From Rebecca billardiae RCC1528 (lineage: Eukaryota > Protista > Haptophyta): a stretch of DNA of 64,000 nt. Within the stretch, counting starts at the first letter, position 1; every line of letters starts with the position of its first letter. The DNA is taken from contig OZ251244.1 in the NCBI GenBank assembly GCA_965240325.2, forward strand, positions 1,178,001 through 1,242,000, read 5' to 3'. Positions 53,633-64,000 of this stretch are shown one piece after another. The notes under the pieces were generated by a model. That model was given only the letters and a program-made list of their open reading frames with translations. It did not search any database and was not told where the DNA came from. Made by a program: the position numbers and the translations under genes.

Positions 53633-56591
53633 GAGGCCACTCCACCGAAATCGAGCCCGTCCAGGGCTTCGGCCGCCCACTGGCGTCCAGGGCTTAGCCC
53701 TGGACGCGCCGAGCGCGTCCAGGGCTCCGCTCGCCAGCGCGAGATAGTATTGAGCTCATAGGCGATGCCGCCGCGCCGCGTGCGCGCGCTCCGTCTCGCG
53801 CTGGCTGCGGCCGCGAGCGCGTGCGGCGAGCCGTCGCGTGCGGTCGCGCACCGGCGCTGAGGTATGGTGTGCCCATCCGTGCCCTTGGCTCGTGCCCGCG
53901 CGCCCTCCTCCGCCGCTGCGTGGCGCGCGTGTGGTCGCGCCGCCTCGCTCGCTGGGCGCACCGAAAGCGCGAGCGCGCAACGAGTCACCTGTGGCGTGTC
54001 GGACCCAGCGCGTGCGCGCCTGGCGTGTGGTTTGTGTTTGACATGGCCTTGGTCACGCGCGGCGCCGGCCGTGCCCAGCGTCTGACCGCGCGCAACGCGC
54101 ATAGTACTGGTGGTCCCGGCTGGGTCGAGCCGACCCCTCGGGGCTCGGCGGCACCCAGCCACTCGTAGGCGGCCGCGATGGGTCGACGCGTCGGATGGGT
54201 GGCGGCTACACACCATGCTGGTCGCGCACTGCCGCGTGCAGGGCGGTTGCACGGTGACAAGTGCCCCCGCGATCGTGCCGCGCTCGGGTACGAACAGGAG
54301 CAGTATGTTGCATGCGTGCCGCCGGCAGGTGGCGAGCTGGGGCGTGCTGGTCGGTGTGGCTGACGGGCGCGCTCGCGCGCGTGGCATGAGCGAGCGCGCC
54401 GCCGCCCAAGCGTGCCGCCCACGCCGCGCGCCGCGCGCCGCGCGCCGCGCGGCCTACGTCGCGTCGGCGCTCGCGCGGCCGGCAGCTCCGGACGGCAGCG
54501 TGGCCGGAAGGCGGCACGGGCACCATGCTGCTCAAGGCTGGCAAACAAGCTGCAGTAGTCGTCCCTCATCTTGGCATACGGAAACAGCTAGCACGCATGA
54601 TGAGATGGATACACAGCAGTTCAGCAGTCTGCATGCTCCGTGACCGTGACGGGGTATTCGGAAAGTGTTCAGCTGACAAATCTCGCCTGCCTGAGCTATC
54701 TGTCAGGCTGTGTGCGTCTCTTCTTCTTAGTCAGTGTTGTGCTCAGGCCGGCCACCGTAGAAGGGTGGGAGCTGGCGAACTTCTCCACCGGGTACCGAGC
54801 CTATCATAGCCATCAGCGCGCGCATACTGTAGCAGCGGTTCAGCCTTGTCACTGGCTAGCATCCCGTACTTGGTAGCTGCCGAGCAGCTCCGCGCGCTGA
54901 GCGTCGTGTTCAGCTGTGATGTATGATGAGCAGCGCAGCTTGCTCGCACCACGCGCGCACCCTCGCGTGCACCCACTAGACCAGTGTTGATGTGAGCCAC
55001 CGACAGTGATAGGTCGGCACGAATGTGTGCAACAGAAGCCTCGCTAGGAACTGCTGTCATGAAAGTGCTGTCAGCTGACGCTCCAGTGAATCGCTTGTTA
55101 CGCACTGCTTACAATATCATTCCATTTCCCACAGTCGTTCATCAGACGCCGTGGCCGTGGCAGGCGCCAACGCCACAACTGACGCCACTCTAGGCTCCAT
55201 GCTACTTCATTGAGGGCGTGGGCCCGCGCTACATGCTCAAACCAGCCGCGGCGAGCATCAGGTGCTTGAGGCGTGCGTGCGCTTGCAGCCGCTCAGAAGT
55301 ACAGTATTGAAGGCAGTGCCGCCACCGAGCCCGTGCAGCGTCCGAGCTACGCATCTCGACTCTGGCGCATGCGCAGGCTGCCGTAAGCCTCTGGGTCTCC
55401 ACCACAACGGGAGGAGGGGCGATGTATCACCTCGGTGCGTGTGCATACCTTCTGTTCACGTGTCTTGCGACCGGCCATCTTCATAGTCATCTACCCGAGC
55501 CTGCGCCAAGGGTTTGCGCCGCGGACGTCAGTCAGCCCGCTGTGCTGATATCACCGCAGAATCCGTGGGCAATGACGTACTTCAGGGTACGAGAAGACAC
55601 GCGGCATGCGGACGCCCATAGACGCAAGGCTGTGGCTATCAACCTCTTCACCCGCCGCCCATTTCGCGTACTAGTAAGGACCAGCTCTGCAGCTGGCACA
55701 CGACAGCCACTCGGACCAGTCACGCTGCCGTCCGGAGCTGCCGGCCGCGCGAGCGCCGACGCGACGTAGGCCGCGCGGCGCGCGGCGCGCGGCGTGCGGC
55801 GTGGGCGGCACGCTTGGGCGGCGGCGCGCTCGCTCATGCCACGCGCTCGAGCGCGCCCGTCAGCCACACCGACCAGCACGCCCCAGCTCGCCACCTGCCG
55901 GCGGCACGCATGCAACATACTGCTCCTGTTCGTACCCGAGCGCGGCACGATCGCGGGGGCACTTGTCACCGTGCAACCGCCCTGCACGCGGCAGTGCGCG
56001 ACCAGCATGGTGTGTAGCCGCCACCCATCCGACGCGTCGACCCATCGCGGCCGCCTACGAGTGGCTGGGTGCCGCCGAGCCCCGAGGGGTCGGCTCGACC
56101 CTAGCCGGGACCACCAGTACTATGCGCGTTGCGCGCGGTCAGACGCTGGGCACGGCCGGCGCCGCGCGTGACCAGGGCCATGTCAAACACAAACCACACG
56201 CCAGGCGCGCACGCGCTGGGTCCGACACGCCACAGGTGACTCGTCGCGCGCTCGCGCTTTCGGTGCGCCCAGCGAGCGAGGCGGCGCGACCACACGCGCG
56301 CCACGCAGCGGCGGAGGAGGGCGCGCGGGCACGAGCCAAGGGCACGGATGGGCACACCATACCTCAGCGCCGGTGCGCGACCGCACGCGACGGCTCGCCG
56401 CACGCGCTCGCGGCCGCAGCCAGCGCGAGACGGAGCGCGCGCACGCGGCGCGGCGGCATCGCCTATGAGCTCAATACTATCTCGCGCTGGCGAGCGGAGC
56501 CCTGGACGCGCTCGGCGCGTCCAGGGCTAAGCCCTGGACGCCAGTGGGCGGCCGAAGCCCTGGACGGGCTCGATTTCGGTGGAGTGGCCTC
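53633..56591. mobile_element. Unclassified non-autonomous element with ~870-bp TIRs and 5-bp TSD
   Basis: TIRs 53633-54502 and 55721-56591 (about five differences); direct repeat CGACA at 53628-53632 and 56592-56596; termini GAGGCC...GGCCTC. Confidence 0.9.
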
Positions 56592-56724
56592 CGACACGCG
56601 TCGTCAAACGCACTCACGCACCACTCATTAGCCCCTGTGCCGCTGTGCGTGCCCAGCACTGGTGTAGTGGTGGGCTCCCACGCGCTTCGCCGCCGCCCAA
56701 CTCGACGCAGCCCAGGCCTCGAGG

Positions 56725-59700
56725 ATGGCGGCGCCGAGTCGCAAGTCCGTGTCCAAAGCGTGGGCCTCGGTGCTCGATGGCGACGGCCCCGAGCCGGCCG
56801 GCACGCGCAACCTGCTCGAGTCGCCCGCGAGCGCGCACATCACCGCGCTCGCCTGTGTCGTCGGCTTCGCGGTGGCTCTCGCCGCCGAGTTTGCGTTCAC
56901 GCCGCGCGAGTGGCGCGCGCCGCTGCTCCCGGTGGAGGCGAGCGTGGCGGGCTTTTCGGTCGCCGTCTTCGCCGCGAGCATCTCCATCCAGCTCATCAAC
57001 GCCTTCTTCGACGCGCGCGAGTCGGTGCGGCTGCAGGCGCGCGTCGTGATCGCTGTGAACGGGGTCGCGCTCGCGGCGGACGCCATCATGCTGTGGCTGC
57101 CCACGCCGATCGTGCTCGACCCGATCACGGGCGGGCGCGTGCACCTCACCCGCTGGGTCGAGTTCGGCGTGCTCGGCGTCGGCCAGACCTGGATCGTGTG
57201 TGCGCTCGACTCGCCGTCGCACGCGCTCGCGCTCCGGACGGCGCTGCTGACAGGACTAAGCACCTCGTGCGGCTTCTTCTTCCCGCTGATGCCGGGCCCG
57301 TGGTCGTACGCCGCGCTGATGGCGTTCTCCTTCCTCACCTACTTCCCCATCTTCGCGCGCGCCGCGGAGAAGCGCGAGGCCTTCGACAACCTGCCCGCCG
57401 ACGGGCTCACGGCGTTTGCGCAGCGGCGCGTGCGCGCGACTGTCGCCCTTAACATGACTCGGCTGTGCGCCGTGCTGTGGACGACGCTGCCCGTGGCGTA
57501 CTTCGCGCTGTGGGGCGTGCGCCACGCGCGGCAGACGGCGCGCCTCGAGCCCGACGGCCTCGTCGCGCAGCTCCACTTCATCGTCGACACCTCCATCAAC
57601 GTCATCCTCAAGCTGTCGTACGCGCATGTGCTCTCAGGCGCGCACGTCACGGCCGCAAGCGCCGCGCAGGGCCAGTCGGCGACGGCGCTGCGCGACTCGA
57701 TGGAGGTGCTGTGGGCGCAGTACGGGCACGTGCTCCTCGTCTCGAGCCGCGTCTCCAACACCCGCGCGCACACCATCGCCTCCGCCGGCCTCGCCGAGCT
57801 CATCGGCGAGGCGAGCGCACAGCCGTGGATTCGCGGCCACGCACACGGCGTGCAGTCGACCGCGGACGATGTCGACTCGATCTCCGGACCGGACTGCACC
57901 GGACTCGGCGGCGCGGGCGCGAGCCCGTCGGACGCGCTCGAGGCGGTGGTGCGCCGCGCGTGGCACGCGGCGTCCACCGCCGACGGCCCGTGCACCGTCC
58001 AGTGCACGCTGCCCGGCGGGCCCGGCGGCGAGGGCCGGCCGGTCGAGGTGCACGCTGGCGTCGCGCCCAACACAGCGCTGCTGGTGATCGCGCTGCGCGA
58101 CCTCACGACCAAGGTGGCGCTGACGCAGGCGCGCGAGGAGCTCGAGGCGGAGCGCTCGGCGTCGGAGCAGGTGATCGCGCAGCTCGCGCGCGAGAAGGAC
58201 GCCGACATCAACCGCTTCACCCGGCACGAGGTCAAAAACGGCATGCTTGCCGCGCTCGGCGTGTGCGACGCGCTTCGGGAGATGTCGGAGCGCGCGCTCG
58301 CCGCAGGGGGCGCGCGCGGCGCGCCGGCCGGCGGCGGCGGGCTGAGCAAGGGCGACGGGGCGGGGGCGGGGGGTGCGCCGGGCTTGACGCGGCAGAGCAG
58401 CGCGGACGAGACGCGGCAGAGCAGCGCGGACGAGCGCCTCGCCTCCTCCATGCACCGCGGGCTCAACGAGGTGACCATTGGCCTTCAGCGCACGCTCAAC
58501 GTCGTACTGGCCGAGGCGATGGCGCGCGAGGTGGCGCACGGCGCGTACACGCCGCAGGTGGAGGCGGTGCACCTGGTCGAGCTGCTGCGTGGCGCGCTCT
58601 CGTCGTCGAGCAGCGCGGCGCGCTTCCCGATCCTCACGCAGCCGGAGCCGCTCCCCCAGCTCGAGCTTGACCCGAGACTTGTCTTCCACATCTATCGCCT
58701 TGCGCTCGCCAACGCGTGCCGCTGGGGGCAGCCGGGCGGGCTCGTCTTCACCGAGCTGGCTCATATGCACGGCCGGCTCACGCTGCGCGTGATCAACAAG
58801 CCCGGCCCGGAGCACGCGCAGCTGGTGCGGCTGATCGACCCGACGGGCATGGTCTTCGAGGACGAGCAGCGGCTGCACTCCGAAGCCGTCGCGCTGCGCA
58901 CCCGTCCGGCCGGCGCCTTGCGGCTGGAGCGCGGCTCCTCCGGCTCCAGCGCCGAGAGCGACGACGGCGGCAGCAGCCAGGCGAGCTCGCCCGGCAGCTC
59001 GCCGCGGATCGGCAGCCGCTCGGCCACGGGCGTGTCGCACGGCAACGCGTGGTCGATGCGCGAGTGCGCGCGCGCGCTGAGCGGCTCCTGCTCGATTTCG
59101 TTTGAGCCCGATCAGACCGTTTTTGAGCTCGTCTGCCCCGCGCCCGTCCGCCTGCCGCCCGAGGCGGTGGCCGCCTTTGCCGTGCCGCCCGGCACCGTGG
59201 GCATCGGGATTGACGACTCTCGCGTGCAGCGCGCGATCCTCGGCCGGATCTTCGGGCTGCTCGGCGTGGAGAAGGAGAACACCTTCGTCCTGGGCGGCAC
59301 GGACGAGGAGATGCTCGGCTTTGCCGACCTCGTGCTACAGCTCGTCCGCCGCTACCCGAGTCGGCACTTCCTCATCATCGCCGACGAGAACCTGGAGCTC
59401 GCGCACGCCGGGAGCGAGATGGTCTCTGGCTCGGAGGCGCTCGCGCGCGTGCAGGCCGAGCTCGAGCCCTCGCTGCACGCGCGGCTGCTGCTCGTCGTGC
59501 GCTCGGCGAACGATTCAGCGGACGACACGGCGGTGTACCTGCAGCGCGCGCACGCGGTGATGCCCAAGCGCGGCTTCTCCAAGTCCGCCATCCTGGAGGA
59601 CGCCTCGACGCTGTGGCGCGAGCGGTTCGGCGCGCCGAAGGCCGACGAGCCCTCCGACTCCGAGGACCAGATCGCCGTGCGCCAGCTCGAGCGGGACATC

Positions 59701-60099
59701 ATCGACACGGTCCACTCGCTTCTCGTTTCCATCGACGGTGCACTCGGCGCCGACTGGCCGACACTCACCAAGCTGCTGCACCACCTGAAGGGAGAGCTCC
59801 TCTCCATGCCGTCCGACGACGAGGGCTCGCGCTTCGACCGGCTCGTCGCGTCGATCGAGTCGGTCCGCAGGCTGGACGACAAGCCGTCCGACTTGGCGGC
59901 GGCGTGGGCGGCGCTGCGCGAGGCGGTGTGCGAGACGCTCTGCCGATGCGCTGACGAGCGCGACGGCGGCGCGCGGGCGAGCGGGGAGCGCACGCCGTCG
60001 GCCGCCGCCACCGAACTGCACGCCATGCCCACCATCCGCCGCTCGTTGGAGAAGGCGGGCATCACGGCGGTCACGCCGCTGTGGCGCGCGCTCGCCTAG
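56725..60099 (+). CDS. Microbial-rhodopsin-like hybrid histidine kinase: 8TM - PAS-like - HisKA - HATPase - REC - Hpt (1124 aa, intronless)
   Basis: Helix C RWVEF, helix F LWTTLPV, helix G NVILK (K296); H-box FTRHEVKNG (H501), N-box ALANACRWG; REC GIDDS...IIADENL (D887)...RSAND...MPK; Hpt LHHLKG (H1019). Confidence 0.85.
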   Translation: MAAPSRKSVSKAWASVLDGDGPEPAGTRNLLESPASAHITALACVVGFAVALAAEFAFTPREWRAPLLPVEASVAGFSVAVFAASISIQLINAFFDARESVRLQARVVIAVNGVALAADAIMLWLPTPIVLDPITGGRVHLTRWVEFGVLGVGQTWIVCALDSPSHALALRTALLTGLSTSCGFFFPLMPGPWSYAALMAFSFLTYFPIFARAAEKREAFDNLPADGLTAFAQRRVRATVALNMTRLCAVLWTTLPVAYFALWGVRHARQTARLEPDGLVAQLHFIVDTSINVILKLSYAHVLSGAHVTAASAAQGQSATALRDSMEVLWAQYGHVLLVSSRVSNTRAHTIASAGLAELIGEASAQPWIRGHAHGVQSTADDVDSISGPDCTGLGGAGASPSDALEAVVRRAWHAASTADGPCTVQCTLPGGPGGEGRPVEVHAGVAPNTALLVIALRDLTTKVALTQAREELEAERSASEQVIAQLAREKDADINRFTRHEVKNGMLAALGVCDALREMSERALAAGGARGAPAGGGGLSKGDGAGAGGAPGLTRQSSADETRQSSADERLASSMHRGLNEVTIGLQRTLNVVLAEAMAREVAHGAYTPQVEAVHLVELLRGALSSSSSAARFPILTQPEPLPQLELDPRLVFHIYRLALANACRWGQPGGLVFTELAHMHGRLTLRVINKPGPEHAQLVRLIDPTGMVFEDEQRLHSEAVALRTRPAGALRLERGSSGSSAESDDGGSSQASSPGSSPRIGSRSATGVSHGNAWSMRECARALSGSCSISFEPDQTVFELVCPAPVRLPPEAVAAFAVPPGTVGIGIDDSRVQRAILGRIFGLLGVEKENTFVLGGTDEEMLGFADLVLQLVRRYPSRHFLIIADENLELAHAGSEMVSGSEALARVQAELEPSLHARLLLVVRSANDSADDTAVYLQRAHAVMPKRGFSKSAILEDASTLWRERFGAPKADEPSDSEDQIAVRQLERDIIDTVHSLLVSIDGALGADWPTLTKLLHHLKGELLSMPSDDEGSRFDRLVASIESVRRLDDKPSDLAAAWAALREAVCETLCRCADERDGGARASGERTPSAAATELHAMPTIRRSLEKAGITAVTPLWRALA

Positions 60100-61059
60100 C
60101 CTGTCGCCCCCGGACCGAATGCAGGCGATGCGCTGCTCTGGCGTAAGTGACGACTGCTGGCTCATGCGGCGTGACCGCGGCGAACCCGGCAGCCGGCGCG
60201 GCGGTAGCAGTGTCAACGGCTGTCAACCTGATGTGTAAGGCCGACGGCTAGTCAGCATCCGTGGCGCGCCAGTCGTACATAGTAGTGCCGCCGCCATCAT
60301 CTTTTGCTGACGATAATATCGGCCGCGCCGCGCATTCGGATTCCGCGCCGCCGCCGGCCATCCCTATTAATATATTAATAATATATAAAATATTAATTCC
60401 CTTCGCGCCTTATTATTAATATATTATTCGGCCGGCCCGCCCGGCCGCTTCGGCGCGTCGACACGGGGACGACTGGCACGGTTCGTCGGTTCGGCACCGC
60501 CTGTCCGCGAGTCACTTGCCTCGCACGTGAGTGACGTGAGTCATGGGCCACGGACTCGGACTCGGAGTCGGAGACTCCTAGACAGTCTCGGACAGTCGGA
60601 CTACTCGGTGACCCCGCTCAGCCCGCACGCGCACGTGCACAATGGCGGGGCGTCAATGCACATCGTCACGCGCGGGACTCGTCGCACACCTCACTGAGTC
60701 AGGGAGTAGTCGCACATTGAAAATACGCCGCGCACTGTCGTCTTCGTTATTCGCTCAGCAGCATCACTTCCGCTTCAAGCATCACTCCGTACTGTATCGT
60801 ACTAATTCTATGACTGTAAGTGTAGTACGTACAGTTGACTAAGAATGAAAAGAGACGCACATGTACAGCTCCAGCAGGCGAGAGTGTAGTCGGAAAACAT
60901 GGCTGCCGCGAAAAAAACGGACGCGAAGCCGCTGAAAGTGCGGTCATCAGTCCCGGCAATCGCTTGCGACCAGTGGCAACACCGACGACCTGTCCAAGCG
61001 GAAGCGTCGACGCCGCGCGCACACCCCACCCGCCGCCGCCGTTCTTCGCACCCGCGCGC

Positions 61060-62104
61060 ATGGTCGTCAAGTCGCTCAAGGACCTGCAGAGCGACGAGCC
61101 CGTGGGCTCGGCGGGGCCCTCGGGCGCGCCCATCGACGGCGAGAAGCTGCCCACGGACTACAAGGGCCTGTACCACGAGAAGCAGGTGCGCTCCGTTCTT
61201 CCCGCGCGGCGCCGTTCGCACGCGCGGGCCGCGCGCGCGGCGCGAGGGGCTGACCGACCTGGCGCCGCCGTCCGCGCGGGTGTGGCCGGCGCTGGGGCAG
61301 ATCGGCAGCCTCTGTGCTGTGCACGCGCTCAACAACCTGCTCCAGGGCCCCGAGGTAAACGAGGTGACGCTCGCCGAGCTCGCACACGGTCTGGACGTGC
61401 AAGAGCGCGCGGCGATGCAGGGCCTCGGGCTGGAGGCGGAGTCGGGCAACGTGCGCGCGGACGGGTTCTTCTCGGTGCAGGTCATCTCGAGCGCGCTGCA
61501 GCAGCTCGGGCTCAGCTGCACGCCCATCGGCGCCGAGTCGGCGCGCGCGGCCGCGAGCGCGCCACAGAAGGAGGCAGGCTTCATCTGCAATCGCTCGCAG
61601 CACTGGTTTTCTATTCGGCGGCTCGGGAGCTACTGGTTCGACCTGAATAGCATGCTCCCGACGCCGCGGCTGCTCACCGACGCGCAGCTCGGCTCGGCGC
61701 TGCAGCAGCTCGGCGCCAGCGGCTACTCCGTCTTTGTCGTGCGCGGCGCGTTCCCGCCGGCGCCGATTGAGCAGAGACCCGACCGGCTCCGCGCGGCGGC
61801 GGACGCGTGTCGGGATGGCGGCGGCGGCGGCGGCGGTGGCGCGGTCTCGCGCGGGGGCGGCGACGGCGGCGTCGACTTCAACGCGTTCAGCGGGCAGGGC
61901 TACTCGCTCTCCGCCACGCCCGCCCCCGCCGCCCCGACCGCCGCCGCACTGCCCGACAACATAGCGGAGATCCAGCAGTCGGACCCCGAGCTAGCGGCCG
62001 CGCTCGTGGCGTCGCTTGGCGACGCGGGCGCGGGCGCGCCGCCCAAGCCGGCCGAGGACTCGGCGGAGGAGATGCGCCGGAAGCGGCTCGCGCGCTTCGG
62101 CTGA
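61060..62104 (+). CDS. ATXN3: Josephin-domain deubiquitinase (ataxin-3-like) with SHP, UIM and VIM-like motifs (2 exons)
   Basis: YHEKQ|IGSLCAVHALNNLLQG, GFFSVQVI, FICN..HWF.IR, DLNS, GYSVFVVRG; intron 61186-61300. Confidence 0.9.
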
Positions 62105-62769
62105 GGCGGCGCGGGCGCGGGCGCCGCCGCCGCCGGCTTCGCCGGCCCTGGTGCCGGAACGAGACAACCGACGAAGATTGGAAGCAGTCGATGAGCCGTC
62201 AGTGCACGGCGCACGCCGCCAGCGCGCCGCCAGCACCGGTGGCGGTGTCCGTCTGGGCCCTGGCTGGGAGCACTGGCGGGATGGATGATCAGCCGTCTGA
62301 GCCATCGGTCTCCGAGCCGCTGACGCGCTGCGGATCCGCGCGCCGCGCCGGGACGGCGCGACTCGGAGGCCCCGGACCCCTCGGTCTCGGCTCACCGGGC
62401 CGCGCCGGCCGGTCGCCTTCGCTGACGCCCGCTCCGGTACGAGCCCTGGTACGGCTACTACGCGTCGACGCGAGTAGCTTGAGTGTAATGATGTACACGT
62501 TGTCGATGATCTACTAGCCTGAGTGACGATGACAAGGCTGGAATCGGGTTTGAGCGTATGCCTGCAGATGATGATGCAGGAAAAAATCAAGTTGTCGAGC
62601 CCACCGCCAGAAAATCAAGACGTGGGCGCCACACCCGCCCTCTTATTATTGGTCAGCATGGCTGCCTGGCCGGCGGCGGCGTGGTCCACAGCGAGCGTAG
62701 GCCGGGAATTTACGCACTGGCGGTGCGGTTGTGGCGGCGCAGGTGGCCTCAAATGTCGTCTGCGGGTAT

Positions 62770-63560
62770 GCTCAGAGCATTGGGACACCTTGGTGGCCCG
62801 CAACCCCGGCTACTTGCTTGCCGACTGCATGAGCGATCACGTGTCTGACCGTGTCGCAATCCCGCGTGCACGCGGCCCAACGTAGGGTGCTGCACATGTC
62901 AGCAGATGGTATGCGACCAGATGTGGTTACGGTCCTGAGCAATGCTCTTGGTGAGGAGTCGAGAGTGGCTCCACCGCTCGTCCGGTTGTCGAGTTCTCGG
63001 AGCAAGTCACTCTTTGCGTGCTCAAGCAGCAAAGCGTCGTCTTCGATGAGCCTTTCCGCTTGCTGGAACGCGAGCATTCGCAATGAGCGCGGGCGGCTTG
63101 ACCAGGTCAGAGCGCCTCCGCTGCGATGGCACTGTCTCGAGAGTCCAAGGGACTTCATGATCGCTATCGGATATTCGTGCGCGCATCGCCGCTGCTGTTG
63201 ATCACCACCGCCTGTGCAGCTCGTGCGCACTCTCACTAATACTACTCAGTAGCACGAGTCGGACACTGAGCGTGTGGGGCGCAATATGACGCCGACGAAG
63301 ACGATCCAGCGAGCATCGTTTGCCGACGAAACCTTGGCCATGCTCGTGTGGCTGTCCTTCAACCTCCCGCAGCGCTGCACCAACTTGACCTCTCGAGGTA
63401 CGTACGGCAGTGGTACGCTGGTGGACACCGCAGCATCAAGCAGATCCGAAGCCCAGTGCGCAGCTCGCGACAGCGGCGGTGCGTCCCAGCGGCAGCCGGT
63501 GCTGTCGCGGCTGAGGGAGGCTGCGCACATGGCGTCCTTTCTTGCTCGTCCTAACGACGA
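62770..63560 (-). pseudogene. Possible decayed coding sequence
   Basis: Two adjacent protein-like ORFs (63246-63569, 62772-63236) separated by a stop-rich ACT/AAT insertion; no family recognised. Confidence 0.3.
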
Positions 63561-64000
63561 CTGAGCCACCGTGACGTCTGACGATGACTAGTCGTCGAGC
63601 GGCGCAGCGCCGCCCGTCAGGGCCGCGCCGGCCGCGGCGCGCGGCGCGGGCGGTGCGGCGCCTGCGGCCGGCCCCGCGGCGCCGCTGCGCCGCGCACCGC
63701 GCGCCACGGCCCGCGGCGCTGCGCGCCGCGCTTGATTTATATATATTATTCAAGTCGTCATCTTGCTGATTCCGCTTCGATGTCAGGTCCCGGTATTCCA
63801 TCAGCCGCATCAGCAGGCATAGTATACAGAGCTATCCCGCTCCACCCTTGCGTGGCGGGGCGCACCCGCTCAGCCCCAGCGCCTCACTCACCTCGCAGGA
63901 GTCAGCCCGAGTCAAGGCTTGAGTCAATAAGGGCAGTCAGCCGTCACTCGTCAGGCCGCTCACACTCGCGGCTTACACTTGCTTGCTCGGTCGTGAATTA

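Noticed and set aside
53521-56631. Mirror-image ORFs (288 and 276 aa) in the long TIRs
   Set aside because: No protein-like motifs; a by-product of GC-rich inverted repeats.
32599-60099. Carotenoid enzyme plus rhodopsin kinase as a retinal-supply gene cluster
   Set aside because: About 22 kb apart with unrelated genes between; no carotenoid oxygenase seen.

Overview
High-GC eukaryotic nuclear DNA with short, extremely CG-rich spliceosomal introns, some with GC donors. The plastid-targeted GapC1-type GAPDH, nuclear SmpB and bipartite signal/transit leaders point to an alga with a complex red plastid, most likely a haptophyte (Pavlovales-like; inference). About 15 protein genes are supportable: orphan secreted ORF, DUF5765-like membrane protein, NDR/LATS kinase, STPG-repeat protein, ZMYND12, divergent ARF, acylated ankyrin protein, CRTISO-like oxidoreductase, cytosolic carboxypeptidase, SmpB, low-complexity hypothetical, GAPDH, leishmanolysin fusion, rhodopsin-histidine kinase and Josephin DUB. 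They are interleaved with non-autonomous mobile elements: a 9-bp-TSD foldback/MULE-like element with palindromic TIRs, hAT and Tc1/mariner MITEs, a Gag-only LTR retroelement and an unclassified 870-bp-TIR element with a 5-bp TSD. The top candidate novel system is a single-ORF putative light-sensing phosphorelay (8TM microbial rhodopsin with the retinal Lys retained, then HisKA/HATPase, REC and Hpt; 56725-60099). Second is an M8 metalloprotease fused to a tetraspanin-like domain (49000-52617). All assignments come from reading motifs by eye; no database searches were run.
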